DNA from: Clostridium fungisolvens
Lineage (GTDB): Bacteria > Bacillota > Clostridia > Clostridiales > Clostridiaceae
NCBI RefSeq assembly: GCF_014193895.1
Contig: NZ_BLZR01000001.1
Span: forward strand, 2,531,143-2,563,142
Direction: 5' to 3'
Length of the DNA: 32,000 nt
Position 1 is the stretch's first letter. Every line of letters begins with the position of its first letter. The position numbers were made by a program, and so were the translations under genes. Below the pieces are notes generated by a model. The model worked only from the letters and a program-made list of their open reading frames with translations. It had not been told where the DNA came from and searched no databases. This document shows, piece by piece, positions 25,648 to 32,000 of this stretch.

Positions 25648-26403
25648 TTATTGAATAGGCGCCATAAGTATTCTTCCTGTTCCACGATATACATTTACTA
25701 AACCTTCTCCTGAAACAGCAGAACCAATCAAACTTTTACTAGATTTCTCAACTCGAAAATCTAATGTATCAGACCATGCAATAGCGTAGTTTCCATCAAT
25801 TTTAACTTCATCATTTTCAATAATAAACTCTATTAATTCAGCTCTTGGCACAGGGCTCTCTAGCACAGCAACTCCTTGACCTCTTAGACATAAATTAAAC
25901 AATCCTTCTTTTCCAAGCATCGCAGAAGACAAATTTGTTCTTGCCACTACTTTTTGCTGGACCCTTGATTCACAAGCAAGGAATAACCCATCATCCAGTA
26001 CTAGACCTCCCCATTCAGACACCTCTTCAAGCAATATATGCTTATATGTTGGTTCTAGCATTAATAAACCATTACCTTGATATTTAGGTTTAATTGTAGA
26101 TTCTTTTGTCACTTTTGAAGATAAAGCCTTACCAAATAAATCTCCAAGTCCCTTAACATCAGCAGCCATAGTTACGGCTCCCGAAGTCCACTGCATTGCT
26201 CCAGCACTTATTGTATATGCGTTCCCTTTTAGCTCAATCAAAACTTGTCGCTTTCTAATATTCATTTCAGATGCAAAGTAAGCAGCCATTGCCGTAGCAG
26301 CATTTACACTTAGATCTTTTTTGTACTCAAGTACTTTTACATCTCCTTTCCCCTCTACCACCTCAATATTTTTATTCTCAAAAATATTTTTACACGTTAC
26401 CAT
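25648..26403 (-). CDS. AIM24-family (DUF124) protein
   Basis: Length and blocks (ISAGAMQWTSG, GEGLFNLCLRGQGVAVLES, GEGLVNVYRGTGRILMAP) match the AIM24/TIGR00266 pattern. SD GGAGGAGAGG. Confidence 0.7.
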   Translation of the reverse strand: MVTCKNIFENKNIEVVEGKGDVKVLEYKKDLSVNAATAMAAYFASEMNIRKRQVLIELKGNAYTISAGAMQWTSGAVTMAADVKGLGDLFGKALSSKVTKESTIKPKYQGNGLLMLEPTYKHILLEEVSEWGGLVLDDGLFLACESRVQQKVVARTNLSSAMLGKEGLFNLCLRGQGVAVLESPVPRAELIEFIIENDEVKIDGNYAIAWSDTLDFRVEKSSKSLIGSAVSGEGLVNVYRGTGRILMAPIQ

Positions 26404-26502
26404 TTATACCTCTCCTCCAAAAGCAAATTTAGATTTTAATACACCCTTTATACACTTACATTAAAACTTTTATATTTTATGTCTATGTTTAATAAAATTG
26501 TT

Positions 26503-26600
26503 GAAATTAGTTGATTATACAAGAGACACAATATGAGCAAGCTATTAAAATTAAATGACTTTTTCAGATGAACGTGTTTCATTTAATAATGAATGAGCCC
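26503..26600 (+). repeat. Family-2 element, copy 1 (carries mini-ORF MSKLLKLNDFFR, 26533-26571)
   Basis: AAATTAGTTGATTATACAAGAGACACAATATGAGCAAGCTATTAAAATTAAATGACTTTTTCAGATGA aligns with the reverse complements of 29221-29300 and 30839-30915. Confidence 0.6.
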
Positions 26601-26652
26601 TCGCAATCACGAATTTACTATTACATTTTAGGGGCTACGCTTTTGAATTTTA

Positions 26653-26683
26653 TTGACTTACAGTAAACTCTAAGGTGTACAAT
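26653..26683 (+). promoter_or_regulatory. Promoter with a 19-nt spacer containing an inverted repeat (MerR-type architecture) upstream of the aldo/keto reductase
   Basis: TTGACT (26653-26658), a 19-nt spacer and TG-TACAAT (26678-26683). The spacer holds CTTACAG-TAAA-CTCTAAG, half-sites matching at 6 of 7. Confidence 0.4.
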
Positions 26684-26782
26684 TTATGTATATTCTTATT
26701 AAAGGATATAAATTAATAAAACAGAAAATTAAGCCATAGTGCTTAAAATAATACTACATAAAGATTGGAGTGTGTATTAAAA

Positions 26783-27634
26783 ATGAATTCTTTGAAGGAT
26801 TGTTACAAGTTATCTAACGGCGTTGAAATCCCATGTGTTGGGCTAGGTACATGGCAAGCAGAAAATGGAAAAATCGCAATATCTTCTGTTAAGGATGCTC
26901 TAGTAGCTGGATATCGTCATATTGATACTGCTGCTGGATATAAAAACGAAGAAAGTGTTGGTATAGCAATAAAGGAAAGCGGAATACCTAGAGAAGAAAT
27001 TTTCATAACCAGTAAGCTTCACAATAATGATCATGGTTATGAAAATACTATGAAGGCATTCGAAGAAACTCTAAAGAAGCTTGATACTGATTATCTGGAC
27101 CTTTATCTAATTCATTGGCCAAATCCCATAAAGTATAGGGACTGTTGGGAAGAAGCAAATGCAGGCTCATGGAAGGCCTTTGAAGAACTTTATACTGCCG
27201 GCCGCATCCGTTCAATTGGAGTAAGCAACTTCCATCCTCATCATATAGAAGCCTTACTTAAAACAGCAACTATAGTTCCTATGGTTAATCAGATTAGACT
27301 TTGTCCTGGAGATACACAAGATGAACTTGTAGGGTACTGCAAGGCTCATAATATTCTATTAGAGGCATACAGTCCATTAGGAACCGGTTTGATTTTTGAA
27401 TCAAAGGAAATGCAAGCTTTAGCAGAAAAGTACGAAAAATCAATTGCTCAAATATGCATACGTTGGAGTTTGCAAATTGGATTTTTACCACTTCCTAAAT
27501 CAGTAACAAAATCACGTATTGTTGAGAATGGAGAAGTTTTTGATTTTGAGCTTTCACATGAAGATATCAAACTTATTGCCGATTTAAAAGGTGTTTGTGG
27601 ATTTTCTAAAGATCCAGATAAAATTACATTCTAA
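26783..27634 (+). CDS. Aldo/keto reductase (YvgN/DkgA-like glyoxal / 2,5-diketogluconate reductase type)
   Basis: GLGTWQ, HIDTAAGYKNE (Asp/Tyr), ITSKLHN (Lys), LIHWP (His) and LEAYSPLG mark the AKR catalytic tetrad context. The ATG at 26783 (MNSLKD) is preferred over the TTG at 26765. Confidence 0.85.
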   Translation: MNSLKDCYKLSNGVEIPCVGLGTWQAENGKIAISSVKDALVAGYRHIDTAAGYKNEESVGIAIKESGIPREEIFITSKLHNNDHGYENTMKAFEETLKKLDTDYLDLYLIHWPNPIKYRDCWEEANAGSWKAFEELYTAGRIRSIGVSNFHPHHIEALLKTATIVPMVNQIRLCPGDTQDELVGYCKAHNILLEAYSPLGTGLIFESKEMQALAEKYEKSIAQICIRWSLQIGFLPLPKSVTKSRIVENGEVFDFELSHEDIKLIADLKGVCGFSKDPDKITF

Positions 27635-27655
27635 TATTTTATATCATATAACTAA

Positions 27656-27690
27656 GGGCATACTAGATACTTCTGTATGCCCCTATTTAT
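27656..27690 (+). terminator. Rho-independent terminator of the AKR gene
   Basis: GGGCATAC (27656-27663) pairs with GTATGCCC (27675-27682), followed by a T-rich tract. Confidence 0.6.
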
Positions 27691-27750
27691 TTTGCAAATC
27701 CAATGTTTAAAGATACACTTTTATGCATGGTTTTAAATTTATTTACATCA

Positions 27751-27789
27751 AAAAAGTAGATATAAAAAGAAACTTATCTTTATATCTAC
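27751..27789 (-). terminator. Rho-independent terminator of the HAD hydrolase gene
   Basis: On the minus strand GUAGAUAUAAA pairs with UUUAUAUCUAC (27779-27789 / 27756-27766), followed by UUUUUUG. Confidence 0.6.
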
Positions 27790-27862
27790 CTCTCTTAAAA
27801 ATGTATCACTTTTCTAAAAACTTTTTTCAAAACTTCTCTTAGAGAAGATGTAATTCTTTAAA

Positions 27863-28552
27863 CTACCCGTTAATTATATTCTTAAGCTCATTAAGACTAC
27901 TTATTTCATAGGTTGGCTTTATCTCTGATGTATTTGGAGTTTTACTTGGGTTGTACCAACAGGTATCAATTCCAGCGTTTACTCCACCCTTAATATCAGA
28001 ACTTAAGCTATCTCCTACCATAAGAACCTTGCTCTTATCAGTTTGCTTTATATTCTTTAATGTCATCTCAAATATCCTTGGATCTGGTTTAGCTACCTTA
28101 ACTTCTTCTGATATTACTACATCTTGAAAATATTTGGCTATAATAGATTTTTTTATTCTGCCATTCTGAACATCTGTTAGTCCATTTGTCACTATTGTCA
28201 ATTTATAATCTTTATATAAACTTTCTACAAGTGCCTCACTATCATCAAATAAGAATGATGCATTAGCTAGGTGCTTCATATATGCCTTTGCAAATTCAAA
28301 TTCGTCAAAAGCTACTTCTAATTTATTTGCTAATCTCTTGAATCTTTCAACCTTTAATTTTTCTTGAGTGATAAGCCCCTGTTCGAACTCTTTCCATATA
28401 GCTGTATTTATTTCACTATATATTTTCAAATGGTGATTTTCATCATATTCAATATCAAATTCAATCATAGCATTTTTAAAAGCTTCTCTTTCAGATTTCT
28501 TAAAATCAAAAAGAGTTTCATCTGCATCAAATATTATAACTTCGTATTTCAT
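27863..28552 (-). CDS. HAD-superfamily hydrolase, YjjG-like noncanonical pyrimidine nucleotidase
   Basis: Motif I FDADETLFDF, motif II TIVTNG, and motifs III/IV K...GDSLSSDIKGG. The helical cap is of the YjjG/TIGR02254 type. SD AAGGGGGA. Confidence 0.75.
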   Translation of the reverse strand: MKYEVIIFDADETLFDFKKSEREAFKNAMIEFDIEYDENHHLKIYSEINTAIWKEFEQGLITQEKLKVERFKRLANKLEVAFDEFEFAKAYMKHLANASFLFDDSEALVESLYKDYKLTIVTNGLTDVQNGRIKKSIIAKYFQDVVISEEVKVAKPDPRIFEMTLKNIKQTDKSKVLMVGDSLSSDIKGGVNAGIDTCWYNPSKTPNTSEIKPTYEISSLNELKNIING

Positions 28553-28696
28553 AGTAATCCCCCTTGAATATGTGATTTATTGTAGTAAATCATATTTTAT
28601 TTTTATCTATCGTAGTTTTTCTTTATGTTAATTATATCATTAATTCCAATATAACACATAATTAAACAAATATCGTTTCACATTCTTTAGACATAT

Positions 28697-29179
28697 TTAA
28701 ATATTAGTAATAGCAATATCCTTACTTAAATCAGCTTGCTGATTTTTTATTTTATTGTCAGCTCTCGCATTTAAACTTAAGCCTACAAGAAATAATATCC
28801 CTCCTATTACTTTTCCTTTAGAAAAGACGTCTAAATATATATAATCAATGATAGCACTTGCAAACATTTGTCCTATAAACCTCAGTATAACAACATAAAC
28901 TGCTGGCACCTTGGGAACCAAAACATTAAAGATATAAGTTGTCAAAACTCCTATAAACCCACCTATAAAATATGGTAACGGAACTTTCCGTATTACCTCA
29001 TAAGAAGGAATGGAATTTATCATAAATGCACATAGAACAACAGAAGAGACCGCTGCCATAAAATAATTTATAATAACTCCATTAATCATCCCTTCCTTTT
29101 GTGATAGCTTTCCATTAATCATCATGCTAATAACTATATTTACACCTACTAAAAATGCTAAGAAAATATATAATATCAT
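28697..29179 (-). CDS. DMT-superfamily DUF606 (YdcZ-like) membrane protein, second half of a split pair
   Basis: Five hydrophobic segments. The ATG at 29179 (MILYIFLAF) follows GGAGGA. The track's N-terminal extension to 29233 reads through repeat R1 and has no SD. Confidence 0.7.
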   Translation of the reverse strand: MILYIFLAFLVGVNIVISMMINGKLSQKEGMINGVIINYFMAAVSSVVLCAFMINSIPSYEVIRKVPLPYFIGGFIGVLTTYIFNVLVPKVPAVYVVILRFIGQMFASAIIDYIYLDVFSKGKVIGGILFLVGLSLNARADNKIKNQQADLSKDIAITNI

Positions 29180-29220
29180 TTCAATCCTCCAATATAATAA
29201 ATTTTTTAGTGCCCTTTTTT

Positions 29221-29300
29221 CTGAAAAAATCATTTAATTCTAATAGTTCGCTTAAATAGCAGCTCTTGTATAATCACTTAATTTAAACACTAATCTTAGC
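29221..29300 (-). repeat. Family-2 element, copy R1 (single arm) between the two DUF606 genes
   Basis: About 90% identical over the first ~65 nt to 30839-30903 (6 mismatches by my count). The mini-ORF start is mutated to TTA. Confidence 0.65.
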
Positions 29301-29321
29301 AATATCCTAAACAAAATATCT

Positions 29322-29744
29322 TTATATAGTAATCATAACAATTGCTCCAAGAGAGATTATTGAAAACCCAAGAATTCTCTCTTTTCTGAACTTATTTACA
29401 GGCATTCCAAAAAGCCCAAAGTGTTCTACTATAATAGACATTACTAGTTGTCCATATAAACTTATACTGCTGGTCAAAGTTACTCCTATAACTGGTATAC
29501 ATAAGTTATTTAAAAGTATGGTTATAACGCCAAGAACACCAGGCAATAAAAAAATCAACTTCATTCCTATAAGCTTCGGCAATTTATTTTTTCTAACAAT
29601 GGCTATAAGAACAATTGTTATTAGTCCGATTGTATGAAATATCAAGGTACTCATATACGGCCCTGTTTTCTTAGAAATCATTCCATTAAAGAACACCATA
29701 ATAGCAAGTAATACTCCATTGATAACTGCTAAATTTTTATACAT
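29322..29744 (-). CDS. DMT-superfamily DUF606 (YdcZ-like) membrane protein, first half of a split pair
   Basis: 140 aa with five hydrophobic segments. QLVMSIIVEHFGLFG is the characteristic DUF606 block. SD AAGGGGGA. Confidence 0.7.
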   Translation of the reverse strand: MYKNLAVINGVLLAIMVFFNGMISKKTGPYMSTLIFHTIGLITIVLIAIVRKNKLPKLIGMKLIFLLPGVLGVITILLNNLCIPVIGVTLTSSISLYGQLVMSIIVEHFGLFGMPVNKFRKERILGFSIISLGAIVMITI

Positions 29745-29820
29745 AACTAAATCCCCCTTAACTTTACAATACTTTATAAATGCTTTATAAATAATTTATA
29801 ACATTTGTATAGATTCAAAT

Positions 29821-29834
29821 AGGACATTTGTCCT
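29821..29834. promoter_or_regulatory. Perfect 14-bp palindrome in the divergent DUF606 / Crp-family intergenic region (operator candidate)
   Basis: AGGACA-TT-TGTCCT, ending 5 nt before the Crp-family gene SD. Confidence 0.35.
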
Positions 29835-29848
29835 GCACAGGAGGATTT

Positions 29849-30538
29849 ATGAAAAGATTATTAGATAGAGAGCTGCTAAATGATTTTTTTTCAAAAAATC
29901 ATATTGAAGATATATTTGATAAAGATATAATACACCACTGCGAGCTGCACTTTTACAAAAAAGATGAATTTGTATTACATTCAGAATCAGAACTAGAATA
30001 TTTATATATGCTTGTGGATGGAAAATTAAAAATCTTTTACCTATTTGAAAATGGTAAATCAATGCTTTTAAAATTTTATAAGGATTTTATCTTTATAGGT
30101 GATATAGAAATCTTAAAAAACAAACCAATTCGGTGCAATGTGGAGGCAGTTGAAGATACTTATCTTATTGCAGTACCAGCCAATATAATCAGAAAATATT
30201 ATATAAACAATACTAAGTTTCTCCATCACCTTATTGATTCCTTAAGTGAAAAACTTGACTCAACAATTAATAATAGCTCCTATAATTTTGTATATCCACT
30301 TAGTAATAGATTAGCGAGTTATTTAATAGAGCATTTGTCGGATGAAAATTATATAATTTTAGATTCAAGCTTTATAGAAATTGCTCAATTTTTAGGAACT
30401 ACCACTAGACATCTAGGGAGAACCTTTAAAGAATTAGAAGCTAAAAATATTATAAGGCTAGATAATAAAACTGTTCATATCCTAGATAGAGCTGAATTAA
30501 AAGAGCTATCTAAAAATACTTTTTTAAAATCTCTTTAA
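29849..30538 (+). CDS. Crp/Fnr-family transcriptional regulator
   Basis: The N-terminus is a cNMP-binding-like beta-roll (FYKKDEFVLHSESELEYLYMLVDGKLKIF) and the C-terminus is an HTH (EIAQFLGTTTRHLGRTFKELEAKNII). The ATG at 29849 follows AGGAGG; the track start at 29828 has no SD. Confidence 0.8.
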   Translation: MKRLLDRELLNDFFSKNHIEDIFDKDIIHHCELHFYKKDEFVLHSESELEYLYMLVDGKLKIFYLFENGKSMLLKFYKDFIFIGDIEILKNKPIRCNVEAVEDTYLIAVPANIIRKYYINNTKFLHHLIDSLSEKLDSTINNSSYNFVYPLSNRLASYLIEHLSDENYIILDSSFIEIAQFLGTTTRHLGRTFKELEAKNIIRLDNKTVHILDRAELKELSKNTFLKSL

Positions 30539-30708
30539 AATTTTCATTCGATGGTTCTACGAATCTTTATATTAGATACATTCTAGTATGAAGTGTTTAT
30601 CCATAGCAATAATAAAAAACTAATAGACAAATTATTATGATTTATGCAACAATAAATAAGTAAAATTTAGCAAACAAGCCTATAAAATTAGGCAAAAGTG
30701 ACATGATC

Positions 30709-30915
30709 AAATTAAGTGGTTATCCATCCAATGCTTTAATGAGCTTACGCAAAGAATTAATATAATTTTTTCATATTCCATGGCTAAAACTGTAAACTCA
30801 CTACGTTCGAACAGTACAGTTTATTAACGCCATTCCATCTGAAAAAATCATTTAATTCTAATAGCTCGCTCATATAGCATCTCCTGTATAACCACTTAAT
30901 TTTAAAAATACTATT
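30709..30915. repeat. ~200-nt imperfect inverted repeat made of two family-2 copies (L2 30709-30793, R2 30815-30915)
   Basis: AAATTAAGTGGTTAT (30709-30723) pairs with ATAACCACTTAATTT (about 30889-30903). Near the apex, AAACTGTA (30786-30793) pairs with TACAGTTT (30815-30822). The R2 minus strand carries AGGAG-7nt-ATG and a 29-codon ORF (30784-30873). Confidence 0.65.
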
Positions 30916-30961
30916 AAGCTTAGCATGAAATTAAAATATAGAATATAAGGATGAATTTATT

Positions 30962-31612
30962 ATGGAGAAAAAGACAGAAATAAAAATAATAAAACCTAAA
31001 TTACCAAAGGATTTATCACCTTTTGAGCTTTCTGAGGATAGTATAACAGACTATGATTCAATATCAGAATCACATATAAAAGAATGTTTCTTAAGATATC
31101 ATGATGCAAACAAAGTTTCATTTAATGAAGTGGTATTTGAAAATACTACTATTAACAATGTTTCCTTCCAAAAATCTGATTTAGTGGATGTTAGATTCGA
31201 AAATTGTGATTTATGTAATGTAGATTTTTCAGAATCCTCTTTCCTTAGAGTTGAGTTTATAAACTGCAAAGTGGTTGGTATTAATTTTACTGAATCAACT
31301 TTAAAAAACGTGTTTTTTAAAGACTGTTATGGACAGTACTCGCTCTTCAGATTTGTAAATTGTAATTCAGTGCTTTTTGATCACTGTCATTTACGATATT
31401 CAGACTTTCAAGAAAGTAAGTTTTCTAAGTTAGAATTTAAAGAATCAGATCTTACTGAAAGCCAATTCTTTAACACTAAACTAAAAGGACTTGATTTTAG
31501 AAGCTCAGAGATTGACGGTATAGCAGCTAGAATTCCTGACTTAGAAGGAATGATTGTATCAACTGCTCAAACAATAACTCTTGCTGCATTAATTGGTGTA
31601 GAAGTTAGATAG
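30962..31612 (+). CDS. Pentapeptide-repeat protein (Qnr/MfpA-like size and architecture)
   Basis: The body is a run of A(D/N)LXX-type pentapeptides (VSFQKSDLVDVRFENCDLCNVDFSESSFLRVEFINCKVVGINFTESTLKNVFF...). At 216 aa it is close to Qnr-type proteins. SD AAGGA. Confidence 0.8.
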   Translation: MEKKTEIKIIKPKLPKDLSPFELSEDSITDYDSISESHIKECFLRYHDANKVSFNEVVFENTTINNVSFQKSDLVDVRFENCDLCNVDFSESSFLRVEFINCKVVGINFTESTLKNVFFKDCYGQYSLFRFVNCNSVLFDHCHLRYSDFQESKFSKLEFKESDLTESQFFNTKLKGLDFRSSEIDGIAARIPDLEGMIVSTAQTITLAALIGVEVR

Positions 31613-31626
31613 AGTAGCAAAATTAG

Positions 31627-31649
31627 CCTCCCTGATGGGAGGTTTTTTA
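31627..31649 (+). terminator. Rho-independent terminator of the pentapeptide-repeat gene
   Basis: CCTCCC (31627-31632), loop TGAT, GGGAGG (31637-31642), followed by TTTTTT. Confidence 0.8.
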
Positions 31650-31789
31650 TTCTTTAGAAATTTAGAGCTTAATTAAATTTCTAAACAAGTATATATATAA
31701 AGTTTGAAATTTAATATAAGTTAAAGAATAAAGAGAAGAAAAACAGCTATAAAATAGATACCACGATAAATATTCAGTAAATTCCATAT

Positions 31790-31843
31790 TTGTATATACT
31801 TCCACTTAGACGTATAATGATATTGTCACTATATAGTGACAAT
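31790..31843 (+). promoter_or_regulatory. Promoter followed by a perfect 22-bp palindromic operator
   Basis: TTGTAT (31790-31795), a 17-nt spacer, TATAAT (31813-31818), then ATTGTCACTAT|ATAGTGACAAT (31822-31843) over the expected transcription start. Confidence 0.5.
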
Positions 31844-31941
31844 CATATTTTGTTCTTTGATTTTTACATTGTTGTATTATTTTCAGCTTAATGTATACGT
31901 AAACAAACATTCAATTAACTCACATACTACAGGAGGGGAAT

Positions 31942-32000
31942 ATGGGAACTTATAAATTCGCTTTAAAGATGCTTAAAACAGATTTTAAACAAACCTTACT
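31942..32000 (+). CDS. Start of a protein-coding gene that continues beyond the window; function not assignable (N-terminus loosely resembles FtsX-type ABC permeases)
   Basis: AGGAGGGG lies 5-6 nt before the ATG at 31942. The frame MGTYKFALKMLKTDFKQTL stays open to the window end. Confidence 0.5.
   Translation, partial: MGTYKFALKMLKTDFKQTL

Noticed and set aside
28697-29233. N-terminal extensions in the ORF track (28697-29233; also 29828, 26765, 6580, 5051, 3111 and 11266 starts)
   Set aside because: In each case an internal ATG with a properly spaced GGAGG-type SD gives a protein that starts where the family normally starts. The extensions begin at GTG/TTG or lack an SD.
29221-30915. The 1.6-kb segment flanked by ~90% identical direct repeats as a mobile element or genomic islet
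   Set aside because: It has no transposase, integrase or recombinase. Its content is half of a split transporter plus its likely regulator, so excision would break an operon. I report it as a possible recombination substrate only.
1-32000. CRISPR arrays, rRNA/tRNA genes, prophage, toxin-antitoxin or known defence-system genes
   Set aside because: I saw no regularly spaced short direct repeats, no tRNA cloverleaf candidates, and no ORFs with nuclease, helicase, methylase, integrase or phage structural signatures. The repeats found are long palindromes that are irregularly spaced.

Overview
AT-rich, low-GC segment that looks like a Clostridium-type (Firmicutes/Clostridia) chromosome. It carries spore photoproduct lyase, a T-box-controlled metG, a BirA-operated bioY and Gram-positive-style Shine-Dalgarno sites. 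I call about 30 protein-coding genes on both strands. Most are housekeeping or metabolic: splB (partial), two AraC regulators, a D-2-hydroxyacid dehydrogenase, a GNAT, a ProX/YbaK deacylase, a GH43 hydrolase, a murE-symporter operon, an orphan Cache histidine kinase, bioY, def, a PHP phosphoesterase, metG, azlCD, AIM24, an aldo/keto reductase, a YjjG-like HAD, a split DUF606 transporter with a Crp/Fnr regulator, and a Qnr-like pentapeptide protein. I see no rRNA, tRNA, CRISPR array, transposase, integrase or recognisable defence or toxin genes, so this is not an obvious mobile island. The parts the gene list does not explain are these: (1) a tandemly duplicated, hairpin-covarying leader upstream of an operon that encodes an acyl-CoA dehydrogenase/ETF-alpha/rubredoxin triple fusion plus a flavodiiron protein; (2) a family of ~95-bp nested-palindrome elements, four copies, one inside the azlCD 5' UTR and two bracketing an untracked 59-aa ORF; (3) a second intergenic repeat family, four copies, carrying a conserved mini-ORF (MS[E/K]LL[E/K]LNDFFR), two copies of which form a ~200-nt inverted repeat; (4) a GNAT gene cut by an in-frame TAA; (5) several operator-like palindromes. 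All calls come from reading the sequence and ORF translations by eye. No database search was run.
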